The notes under the pieces are model-generated. The model ran no database searches, had not been told where the DNA came from, and was given only the letters and a program-made list of their open reading frames with translations. A program made the translations under genes and the position numbers. From an uncultured Alphaproteobacteria bacterium (lineage in GTDB: Bacteria > Pseudomonadota > Alphaproteobacteria > Rs-D84), in the NCBI GenBank assembly GCA_944389515.1, contig CALXMQ010000001.1, forward strand, positions 7,079 through 71,078: a stretch of DNA of 64,000 nt, read 5' to 3'. Of this stretch, positions 8,279-16,120 are shown piece by piece (position 1 is the stretch's first letter; each line of letters starts with the position of its first letter).

Positions 8279-9391
8279 TTATCGATTGGTCAGTTGTAAT
8301 TCAATGCGTCTGTTTTGTTGCAGACTGGCAGAATCTGTGCCCAATACAACAGGGTGCAAATCACCAAACCCACTGGGGATTAAACGGCGGCGTGATACGC
8401 CGTCACGTGCCAGTTCTGCGGCAACCGCATTGGCGCGCAGCAACGATAATTCCATATTATTTGAATAACCACGTGTGCCGGGGATAACCTGTTGTCTGTC
8501 GGTGTGGCCGTCAACACGGATAATCCAATCAATGTTTGTTGGTATTTTGTTTTCTAAATCTTTGATTACATTGGCAATCAGACGCAGTTGATTTTTTCCT
8601 TCGGGTGACAGGGTATAAGAACCACTGCTGAATAAAATATCACTGGATATTATAAAGCGATCGCCGGTTGTTTGAATAAAACTGTCATCACCCAGGGCAT
8701 CTTTTATCGCCTTGTAAAACGTTGATTGGTATTGGGCAACTTGGTTTAATTCAGCAACTTTATCTGCCAAAGCCTTGTTCAGACGATTTGACATTTCAAC
8801 GTATTGGATGTCTTTTTGATGCGATTCTTCTTCGGCGGCATCCAATGCGGCCTGTAATTTATTTAATTGATCTGCCAATGATGCACGTTGTGTCGCCATT
8901 TGTTCTTGTAATGCACGGCGTTCTTGTTCTAATTCAGCGGTGCGTTGTTTATCCAAAGTTGCCTGGTTTAATTGATTTGTTAAATCTGCAACCTGGGCGG
9001 ATAAATCATTTCCTTGGGATTGTAATTCCGCGACCTTGGATTCATAATCGGCAATCAATTCATCCATTGTCATGTCAACTTGTTGTAATTCTGTGGCCAG
9101 TTGTGTGTTGTTCGCACTAAGGTTTTCCAGTTCTGTGCGTGCCAATACCAACAATCTTTTTGCTTCTTCTTCGTCGGCCGTCATTTGGACGATTTTTTCG
9201 GCCTGTTCCGCATTTGTTTTTTTCAAATCAGCCACAGTTTTTGCACCACTGTCACGGTTAAATACACTGGTTGTTGTCCATAAAAATACAAACACAATCA
9301 GCAGAAAAATAAGTATTATAACCAGGTTCGAAAATAAATCTACGAACGCCGGCCATGTATTTGTCTTTTCCCGAAATCTGATGTTCATCAT
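8279..9391 (-). CDS. MotB/OmpA-family protein with a long coiled-coil linker
   Basis: 370 aa. N-terminal MotB-type TM segment with Asp (TWPAFVDLFSNLVIILIFLLIV). About 200 aa of heptad-like Q/E/L/A-rich sequence follows. C-terminal OmpA-like domain: GHTD...N.ELSLLRANAVA..L...G......GFG...P......NRRIEL. Confidence 0.8.
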   Translation of the reverse strand: MMNIRFREKTNTWPAFVDLFSNLVIILIFLLIVFVFLWTTTSVFNRDSGAKTVADLKKTNAEQAEKIVQMTADEEEAKRLLVLARTELENLSANNTQLATELQQVDMTMDELIADYESKVAELQSQGNDLSAQVADLTNQLNQATLDKQRTAELEQERRALQEQMATQRASLADQLNKLQAALDAAEEESHQKDIQYVEMSNRLNKALADKVAELNQVAQYQSTFYKAIKDALGDDSFIQTTGDRFIISSDILFSSGSYTLSPEGKNQLRLIANVIKDLENKIPTNIDWIIRVDGHTDRQQVIPGTRGYSNNMELSLLRANAVAAELARDGVSRRRLIPSGFGDLHPVVLGTDSASLQQNRRIELQLTNR

Positions 9392-9421
9392 GTTTTCTCT
9401 CTCTTGATTATTTTATGAACG

Positions 9422-10171
9422 TTATTCTGTAAATGTCTGTTTTATTTCACGCAAGTTGTCGTTTATTTGTGGCAATATTGTCGATACGGTATCGGTGGTG
9501 GCAACACTGGTGTGTGCAGACAAGTAATCTTCGACTTCGCGGAAAATGGCATTTTGTGCCAACTGGACCTGTAACCCTAAAAATCCGACGGTCAGGCTGC
9601 CGGCCAGTCCCATCAGCGAACTGGTAAATGCGGTTGCCATGCCAGATAATGGACGTGTCAGACCAGATTGCATTGTTTGCATAACAGACGCATCGTCGAA
9701 ATTTAATGAACCAATTAAATCTGCAAATCCGCCCACGGTTACAATCAATCCCCAAAATGTTCCCAGCAATCCCAAGAATATCAATGTATTTGTGATGTAT
9801 CGTACGGATTCACGTGAATCTTCGAACCGGGTTAAAATCATATCCAGCATGCCATTTAATGTTGTCGCAGATATACGAATCGGTCGTGCCCGTAATATCA
9901 ATGCAACAGAACGTAACAGACGTGGGGGCAGGGCGGCGTTTTTACGTCCCATAAAATATGCACGTGCCCATTTGTATTCTGGTAACAATTTGAACATTTC
10001 AACAAAACACAGCCCAATTCCGAATATTGTTGTGCCAATAATTATACCGTTTAAGAAAACATTAGCGGCCGCAACACGCAAAAATGGTTCATAAAACAAA
10101 ATCAACCCAGCCACCAATAATGCGGTGAATAACGCCATACGATTTAGTGCACGGTGAAACTGATTTGTCAT
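9422..10171 (-). CDS. MotA/TolQ/ExbB-family proton-channel protein
   Basis: 249 aa with several TM segments. LGLLGTFWGL and ATAFTSSLMGLAGS are typical of the MotA/ExbB/TolQ family. Sits directly upstream of the MotB-like gene. Confidence 0.75.
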   Translation of the reverse strand: MTNQFHRALNRMALFTALLVAGLILFYEPFLRVAAANVFLNGIIIGTTIFGIGLCFVEMFKLLPEYKWARAYFMGRKNAALPPRLLRSVALILRARPIRISATTLNGMLDMILTRFEDSRESVRYITNTLIFLGLLGTFWGLIVTVGGFADLIGSLNFDDASVMQTMQSGLTRPLSGMATAFTSSLMGLAGSLTVGFLGLQVQLAQNAIFREVEDYLSAHTSVATTDTVSTILPQINDNLREIKQTFTE

Positions 10172-10364
10172 ATATCTCTCTTATGCTATCTTATATAAAT
10201 GATGTTAGTAAATTTTTGTAATTCAAGTCAAGCGGTTACTGTGTTTTTATAACTGAAATCGTTTATGTATAAAACACTTGATTTTATTAAATAAATTGGC
10301 ATAATTGGTGGGATTCCTGCTGGCGACATGGGGTTGTCGGCTGTATAAACCAAAGGAAAACTTT

Positions 10365-10703
10365 ATGGCTTATTATGAAAGCGTTCTGGTTTTTCGCCAG
10401 GATTTGACCGAACCGCAGGTCAAAGAAAAAGCGGTAAAATATACTGATATTATCAAAGAATTGGGCGGCGATGTTAAATCCACAGAATTTTGGGGATTGA
10501 AAAACTTGGCCTATATTATTCGTAAAAATCGCAAGGCACATTATGTCATGCTGAACATTGAATTGCCGGGTGATAAATTGGCGGAATATGAACGTCGTGC
10601 ACGCATTGACGAAGATGTTATTCGTTTCTTGAACGTCCGTGTTGATGCATTGTCAACAACACCGTCAATCATGATGAAAAAGAATACCGAGGAGGCAGAA
10701 TAA
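10365..10703 (+). CDS. rpsF: 30S ribosomal protein S6
   Basis: Start moved to ATG 10365 ([14 protein letters not shown]..., AAAGGAAAA RBS). Typical S6 sequence; its stop overlaps the rpsR start (TAATG). Confidence 0.9.
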   Translation: MAYYESVLVFRQDLTEPQVKEKAVKYTDIIKELGGDVKSTEFWGLKNLAYIIRKNRKAHYVMLNIELPGDKLAEYERRARIDEDVIRFLNVRVDALSTTPSIMMKKNTEEAE

Positions 10704-10930
10704 TGGCAGTTCGTGCAGCAATTTATCGTAAAAAATCTAACCCATTAAAGGGCAAGGTTATTGATTATAAAGATATTAAAACATTGTCACATTATATCAC
10801 AGAACGTGGCAAAATTGTTCCGTCACGTATCAGTGGCGTTTCCCAGAAAGATCAGCGTGAATTGGCGACTGCCATTAAACGTGCGCGTCATTTGGGATTG
10901 ATGCCATTTGTTCGCAACAATCTTGGGTAA
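10703..10930 (+). CDS. rpsR: 30S ribosomal protein S18
   Basis: 75 aa; [50 protein letters not shown] is canonical S18. Confidence 0.95.
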   Translation: MAVRAAIYRKKSNPLKGKVIDYKDIKTLSHYITERGKIVPSRISGVSQKDQRELATAIKRARHLGLMPFVRNNLG

Positions 10931-11086
10931 ATTGAATTAAAACGATACATATGCCCAGTTGTTGGCAAGCACCGTATACAATCAGTTACACTGGCGCCCC
11001 AACAACCAGCAAATGTGACGTTATAATTCAATTTCAAAATATGTATATTTGGGATTATCCCTAACTTGAAATAAAGGACAGATAAA

Positions 11087-11710
11087 ATGAAAGTTATTTT
11101 AACAGAAAAAATTACTAAACTGGGTAATATTGGTGATACTGTCGAAGTAAAAACAGGTTTCGCACGTAATTATTTGTTGCCTTTGGGCAAAGCAATGCGT
11201 TGGTCACGTGAAAATGTTGCGTTGTTCGAAGCGAAAAAGGCAGAATTACAAGCACGGCAGGAAGCTGCACGTAAAGCGGCAGAATCCAATGTTGATGCAG
11301 TTAAAAATGCAAAGTTGTACATGATTCGCCAGGCGGGTGATACAGGTCAACTGTATGGTTCTGTATCAACACGTGATATTGCACGTATGTTAAAAGATGC
11401 TGCAAATGTTGTTGTCGAATCTGCCCAGGTTATGTTGGGTGCACCAATTAAATCTGTGGGTGTATTTGATACACAAATTGCATTGCATCCAGATGTTATT
11501 GTGCCAGTAAAAGTATATGTTGCACAATCCCAAGATGAAATTGATGCATTGGTTGCTGGTAAAGTTTTGACATTTGGTACAAAAAAAGTTGATGAAGAAG
11601 AAGTCGCTGCGACAGAATCAACGGATTCACAACCAGAACAGTCAGAAGAAAAGACCGAAGAAAAATCAGCAGAATCTGTACCAACAGAACAAAATGCAGA
11701 TGCAGAATAA
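11087..11710 (+). CDS. rplI: 50S ribosomal protein L9 with an acidic C-terminal tail
   Basis: MKVILTEKITKLGNIGDTVEVKTGFARNYLLPLGKA is canonical L9. A ~45-aa Glu/Ser/Thr-rich tail follows. Confidence 0.95.
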   Translation: MKVILTEKITKLGNIGDTVEVKTGFARNYLLPLGKAMRWSRENVALFEAKKAELQARQEAARKAAESNVDAVKNAKLYMIRQAGDTGQLYGSVSTRDIARMLKDAANVVVESAQVMLGAPIKSVGVFDTQIALHPDVIVPVKVYVAQSQDEIDALVAGKVLTFGTKKVDEEEVAATESTDSQPEQSEEKTEEKSAESVPTEQNADAE

Positions 11711-11739
11711 AAAATGGGGCGTTGCCCCATTTTTTTTTA
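11710..11739. terminator. Bidirectional intrinsic terminator
   Basis: ATGGGGC-gt-TGCCCCAT flanked by A- and T-runs between convergent genes. Confidence 0.75.
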
Positions 11740-11765
11740 TTGATATATCCGGATATATTGAATTT

Positions 11766-12590
11766 TCATATTTCCACAGGTGGCAAAATGGCGGTTGCAT
11801 TGGAATAATTGCACTTGCTTGTAAAAGTATATGTGCCTTCGGTTACATTTATGCTGCGGCCAACGGGTATATAACAATCTGTTATTGCATCTGAACCACG
11901 AAGACTGGTGCCGTATACTGTTGGATTGGAACCGGTTACACTGGGGCATTGTGGGCATGTGTATGTCACCATATTCAAAGAGGTTGTTGATGTTAAATAA
12001 TACCCGGCATTGCAACTTGGCTTGGCCGTGCCACCAGCACATGTTGCATTTGTGGGGCATGCAGCGCAGGTTTTTGCAGAGCCTATCGCTATCATTCCGC
12101 CGCGGTCATAATATCCACTGCGACATTGGTAAGCACACCTGCCTGCGGACACATCACATTTCATTTCGTTACCGTTGGTGGTTGATTCCCAATCTTCCAT
12201 GCCTTGGCATGGTAAACCTTGGCATATTTGTTGGCCTTGTTGTTCTTTGACACAGTTTGTCCATGTAACCAAGCAATCACGTGCAATGGATTGTTCGTTA
12301 TATCTGGTTTCCAGAATATATCCAGATTTGCAAGAATTACAATATGTTTTTGTATATGTTGCTGATGCTGCACCACCACTGGTACCATATGATGCATAAG
12401 ATATTGTTCCGGTGGTTGCGCAATATGATGTATTTGTTGCAGTTAAACCCGAATCGTTAGAACCCAGTACAACACCAGATATTGTGCGGCATGTTTCTGA
12501 ATACTGGCCACCGTCAACAACACTGGCTCCAGCAAAAACATTTGGGGTGATAAAGATTGTTAAAATAACGGATAAAATTAGTTTTTTCAT
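11766..12590 (-). CDS. Cys-rich secreted protein, family B (CxxCP / GYY repeats, CYIP C-terminal module)
   Basis: Start moved to ATG 12590 (MKKLILSVILTIFITPNVFAGA, GGGGA RBS). The 38 upstream codons of the tracked ORF are a translation of the conserved leader DNA. Motifs: CNSCKSGYILE, CRSGYYDRG, CAACPTNATCAGG, CNAGYYLTS, DCYIPVGRSINVTEGTYTFTSKCNY. Confidence 0.8.
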   Translation of the reverse strand: MKKLILSVILTIFITPNVFAGASVVDGGQYSETCRTISGVVLGSNDSGLTATNTSYCATTGTISYASYGTSGGAASATYTKTYCNSCKSGYILETRYNEQSIARDCLVTWTNCVKEQQGQQICQGLPCQGMEDWESTTNGNEMKCDVSAGRCAYQCRSGYYDRGGMIAIGSAKTCAACPTNATCAGGTAKPSCNAGYYLTSTTSLNMVTYTCPQCPSVTGSNPTVYGTSLRGSDAITDCYIPVGRSINVTEGTYTFTSKCNYSNATAILPPVEI

Positions 12591-12620
12591 ATGGATATCC
12601 CCTTGATTCAAGTTGTGGGC

Positions 12621-12784
12621 AACCCACCGATTTATTTCGGCAAAAAAGGGGATAAAAAAATCCCAGAAAACTGGGATTTTTGAAACAAATAAAAATGCCA
12701 CCATAATCGGTGGTTTATTTTCGGCATTTATTTATACCTATTTTACCCCAAAATCCGCCCACACGTCAATAGCATTTTTGACGT
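12621..12784 (-). promoter_or_regulatory. Conserved promoter plus leader cassette, type 2, copy L1
   Basis: Palindrome ACGTCAA-N8-TTGACGT (12763-12784). -35 TTGACG (12769-12764), N18, -10 TAAAAT (12745-12740). The leader carries CCACC/GGTGG and AAAAATCCCA/TGGGATTTTT hairpins with U-tracts. Nearly identical to 26216-26379 and similar to 33401-33565. Confidence 0.6.
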
Positions 12785-12830
12785 TTTTTACCGACCGTTT
12801 ATCTTCGGCAAAAATCAAAGGAATATCCAT

Positions 12831-13526
12831 ATGAAAAAACTGGTTTTATTTGCAACATATGTTGTCGGGATTGTAATGATGTTATCCGATAATGCATTGG
12901 CGGTATCGACCGTTGTTGGGGGAACGTGTCCCAATGGTCAAGTTTGGTGCAGTGTATATGCCATTGCTGGCGAAGGATGTTGTATTCCACAAGGAACATT
13001 ATGCACCAAGGATTCATGTGGGGGTGGCAGTACGATTATAGTTGCGTGCAAGGGATTGGAATGCGCAGGAAAAACGACTTGGTCTGATTATGGAACTGGG
13101 GGGGCGCAAATAAAATGCAGCACACTTACCGAAGATGGTGTATGTGAATATCGTTGTAATCCAGATGGATATTACAGATCCAGTATTGCTGAAAATGCAG
13201 GCATACGGTGTGAACCGTGTCCAGAACACGCAACGTGTACGGGTGGGCCTGTGCCATGTTGTAACCTGATGTATTATCCAGAAAAAAGTACCGCAGTGTA
13301 TCCGGGACTTACCGGCCAGGTAACAACGTATCAGTGTCTGAAATGTCCGTCGTATAGATGGTATTCTGATGATACCAGCAGTATGGGTATAACTATGTAC
13401 GGGATGACGCCGCCAAATGTTTGTGTGGGCAGTATTACTGCGTGTTATATTCCAGAAGGTACACATTCTGGTGACAAGACTGGACGATTTCAAATCGTAA
13501 ATAATAACTGTAATTATGTTGAATAA
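12831..13526 (+). CDS. Cys-rich secreted protein, family B
   Basis: 231 aa with signal peptide MKKLVLFATYVVGIVMMLSDNALA. Motifs: CNPDGYYRS, CEPCPEHATCTGG, ACYIPEGTHSGDKTGRFQIVNNNCNY. Confidence 0.8.
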   Translation: MKKLVLFATYVVGIVMMLSDNALAVSTVVGGTCPNGQVWCSVYAIAGEGCCIPQGTLCTKDSCGGGSTIIVACKGLECAGKTTWSDYGTGGAQIKCSTLTEDGVCEYRCNPDGYYRSSIAENAGIRCEPCPEHATCTGGPVPCCNLMYYPEKSTAVYPGLTGQVTTYQCLKCPSYRWYSDDTSSMGITMYGMTPPNVCVGSITACYIPEGTHSGDKTGRFQIVNNNCNYVE

Positions 13527-13553
13527 AAAATGGTGCAATTTGCACCATTTTTT
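13525..13553 (+). terminator. Intrinsic terminator
   Basis: ATGGTGCAA-t-TTGCACCAT followed by a T-run. Confidence 0.75.
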
Positions 13554-13583
13554 ATAAACTTTCGTGCATTACATATATATAAT

Positions 13584-14252
13584 ATGCATGAAATGAAATT
13601 AGAATCTGTGGGGGTATTGATAAATTTGCAACCATTGGGTGAACGTGATTCTGTCGCCCGTATTTTTACTGCTGATTTTGGTGTGTTGTGTGGATTGCTG
13701 CGTGGTGCCCAGGTGGCGCGAAAAAACAAACCATTGGTGGGCCAGGTGGGGGCGGTGTCATGGAACGCACGATTGGATTCGCAACTGGGGGTGTTTCATT
13801 GGGATGCTGAAAAAAATTTGGCGGCATCTTTGATGATGCGATATAAACCGTTGGAATATATGAACAGTGCTTTTGCATTATTGGCGACGCTGTTACCAGA
13901 ACGGGAACAATATCAAAAATTATATAATGACACATTGATTTTGTTGCAAAATTTAATGTGTGATTCATGTGATGATGTGTATTTGAATTGGGAAATTTCT
14001 TTGTTGCGTGAATTGGGATATGCGTTGAATTTATTATCTTGTTCGGGGTGTGGAACGCATGATAATTTAGAATATTTGTCGCCACGAACTGGACGTGCGG
14101 TATGTTCAAATTGTGCCACACCATATATTGATAAATTGTATAAATTGCCGTTGAATTTAGATGTTACATGTCGTTTTTTAGAACGTGCGTGTATGACCCA
14201 GGGTGTGGATTTGCCGTCTGTACGGAAAATGTTGGTACGTGGCGTGAAATAA
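13584..14252 (+). CDS. recO: DNA repair protein RecO
   Basis: Start placed after the upstream terminator (ATG 13584; 13593 is also possible). ESVGVLINLQPLGERDSVARIFT and a C-terminal CxxC...CxxC zinc motif (CSGCG...CSNC) fit RecO. Confidence 0.8.
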   Translation: MHEMKLESVGVLINLQPLGERDSVARIFTADFGVLCGLLRGAQVARKNKPLVGQVGAVSWNARLDSQLGVFHWDAEKNLAASLMMRYKPLEYMNSAFALLATLLPEREQYQKLYNDTLILLQNLMCDSCDDVYLNWEISLLRELGYALNLLSCSGCGTHDNLEYLSPRTGRAVCSNCATPYIDKLYKLPLNLDVTCRFLERACMTQGVDLPSVRKMLVRGVK

Positions 14253-14327
14253 TGTAATTTATTCCTTGCACAACAAAATTTTTTTGATTATGGTATTGTT
14301 GTTCAACAGATATAAAGGAGAAAAAAT

Positions 14328-15161
14328 ATGACTTGGACAATTTTAGTTCTGGTTGTTGGTATCCTTTTGTTCCTGTTCGGTGGCATGTTGCTGCCCAAGG
14401 GTGATGAAAAGAAACCATCTGCTGGAAGAATCGTTGCAAAGAAATGTATCAGTGTTATTGCAATCATCTTGATTTCGGGCAGTATGTGCCGTTTGTATAT
14501 GCCTTATTACCTGACTGCTATAAATCCGGCAATCGTTCAGGAAATGGTCAATGGCATGCAAGAACAGCAGCAGGCTGAAAAAAATAAACAGATTCGTAAA
14601 TTTGTTCGCGCCGAAGGCGAAAAAATGATGCGTGATGCCCCAGTTTTGGGTAATCGCGATGCGAAAAAGACAATTTATGTTTGGACAGACTTCTCTTGTC
14701 CTTTCTGCCGTCGTGTCCATGGCGAAATCGAACGCGTATTGGCCAATCGTGATGACACACGCGTAGTTATCAAGAACTTCTCTATACATGGGGCGTTGTC
14801 TGATGCACCAGCCAAGGCGGTTATCGCAGCAAAACTGCAAGATCCAGCCAAAGCAGCAGAATTGACAGATATGCTGATGACACGTGATTTCTATACCCAA
14901 GAAGATTTGCAAGATCAATCCACCATTGGTGAAAAGGTTGAAGCAAATGTTATGAAAATGGCAAAAGAAATTGGCTTGGATACAGAAAAATTGAAAGCTG
15001 ATATGAACGGCGATGTTGTTGCACGTGAATTGCGCAATGTTCGTGATTTGGCACAACGCTTTGAAATCAGCGGAACACCGTTCTTGATTATCGGTGAACA
15101 GGCGTTCCCGGGTGCAATCCCAGCCGATCAAATTGAATCTGCATTAAATGACGCAGAATAA
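14328..15161 (+). CDS. Membrane-anchored DsbA-family thiol:disulfide oxidoreductase
   Basis: N-terminal TM segments, then a thioredoxin-fold domain with active site FSCPFCRRVH (CPFC) and a DsbA-like C-terminal (GTPFLIIGEQAFPGA). Confidence 0.85.
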   Translation: MTWTILVLVVGILLFLFGGMLLPKGDEKKPSAGRIVAKKCISVIAIILISGSMCRLYMPYYLTAINPAIVQEMVNGMQEQQQAEKNKQIRKFVRAEGEKMMRDAPVLGNRDAKKTIYVWTDFSCPFCRRVHGEIERVLANRDDTRVVIKNFSIHGALSDAPAKAVIAAKLQDPAKAAELTDMLMTRDFYTQEDLQDQSTIGEKVEANVMKMAKEIGLDTEKLKADMNGDVVARELRNVRDLAQRFEISGTPFLIIGEQAFPGAIPADQIESALNDAE

Positions 15162-15180
15162 TATTTTCGGTTTATCTGAT

Positions 15181-15209
15181 AAAAAACGGGGCATTTGCCC
15201 CGTTTTTTA
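15181..15209. terminator. Bidirectional intrinsic terminator
   Basis: AACGGGGCA-tt-TGCCCCGTT flanked by A- and T-runs. Confidence 0.75.
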
Positions 15210-15523
15210 TGATTGATAGTAACAGTCACTGTCATATACACCAGAACCGGTGCTGTCTGAAAAAGATGTGCCTGATGGTATATAACATGTTGTTATACCG
15301 ATGCTGCCAGTGGTGGCCGTGGTTGCGGCAGAATGACCGGTTGCTGTTGCGCAACTGGTGCAATTATTGCCCAATAAACCCGTGCTGGTGGCGTAATATC
15401 CTTGGTTACAGGAATATCTGCACATGGCAAGTGTCCCTGTTTTTACGCATTGTACTGTGTAATGTCCAGATTCGTTGTGGGTTGGTGTTGTGCTGGGGCA
15501 GGCGGACGGGAATTTTAAAAATC
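15207..15523 (-). pseudogene. 5'-truncated family B Cys-rich gene (C-terminal module only)
   Basis: The frame is open from the stop at 15524-15522 down to 15207 and encodes ...ACPSTTPTHNESGHYTVQCVKTGTLAMCRYSCNQGYYATS...TTCYIPSGTSFSDSTGSGVYDSDCYYQS. There is no signal peptide, RBS or type 1/2 leader. The only ATG (15425) gives a 72-aa product without an export signal. Confidence 0.45.
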
Positions 15524-15762
15524 ATAAGCAAAAATGACCCTGCAGCCTTCAATATATAACCGCAGATTCCAGACCTTTTACAAAAATCGGGTGGATAAAG
15601 CATACGGCAATCAATGGCCATTTGGCTTTATCGTGGATATGTCAGTGCGATTGTGCACTGTTTGCTTATGGGATTTTCAAGTCCCTGAATCAAACGTCCC
15701 CGTTGATTCAATTTTAAGTATAGTTTATGTTGTTTATAAAAACAATAAAAACATTATGCGAC

Positions 15763-16064
15763 CTTGTTTACTGGATTGCCACGCCGTTCGCAATGACAAG
15801 GTAAACAAGTAATATATACTTGAATTCTCTAACCACCCCGTCGGTATAACCGCCACCCCTCCAATGGAGGGGAACTGGCTGTATACCATTGCGGAACAAA
15901 GTTCCCCTCTGCGGAGGGGAGGGCACAATCGGGCCCCACGAAAATGCAATTTTCGTGGGTGATTATTGCCACCGGGGTGGTAACATCATTGACAATTTTA
16001 ATCACGAGTTACCAATTACCAGCGACAAGTAAAACGGTCATGCATACGCGCGGTGTGGCAATCC
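15763..16064. repeat. GC-rich hairpin island bounded by a 10-bp inverted repeat (REP/MITE-like element or structured RNA)
   Basis: GGATTGCCAC (15773-15782) is the reverse complement of GTGGCAATCC (16055-16064). Inside are at least 6 stem-loops: CTTGTTTAC/GTAAACAAG, CCCCTCC-aat-GGAGGGG, GGAAC-aaa-GTTCC, CCCCTC-tgc-GGAGGGG, CCCACGAAAAT-gca-ATTTTCGTGGG and CCACC-gg-GGTGG. The island is visibly more GC-rich than its flanks. Confidence 0.4.
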
Positions 16065-16120
16065 AATAAAAAGCCGCGCATTTGCGCGGACAATATCTAT
16101 ACTCTACACTCTATATTCTA

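Noticed and set aside
10931-11086. 156-nt spacer between rpsR and rplI with a GTTGTTGG...CCAACAAC stem, and the rpsF upstream region, as possible ribosomal-protein autoregulatory leaders
   Set aside because: Only a single 8-bp stem with a ~30-nt loop could be drawn. I could not match it to the known S6:S18 leader motif from memory. It needs a covariance-model search before any claim.
12591-12704. N-terminal extensions MVAFLFVSKIP(V/I)FWDFFIPFFAEINRWV shared by ORFs 11766-12704 and 25505-26299
   Set aside because: The shared peptide is a translation of the conserved type 2 leader DNA. Both genes have an internal start with a GGGGA-type RBS followed by a proper signal peptide, so the extension is not coding.
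15734-15949. 71-aa minus-strand ORF over the hairpin island (…PLRRGELCSAMVYSQFPSIGGVAVIPTGW…)
   Set aside because: The translation simply reads through GC-rich palindromes (CCCCTCC/GGAGGGG and similar). There is no RBS and no start context, so it is treated as non-coding repeat or RNA.
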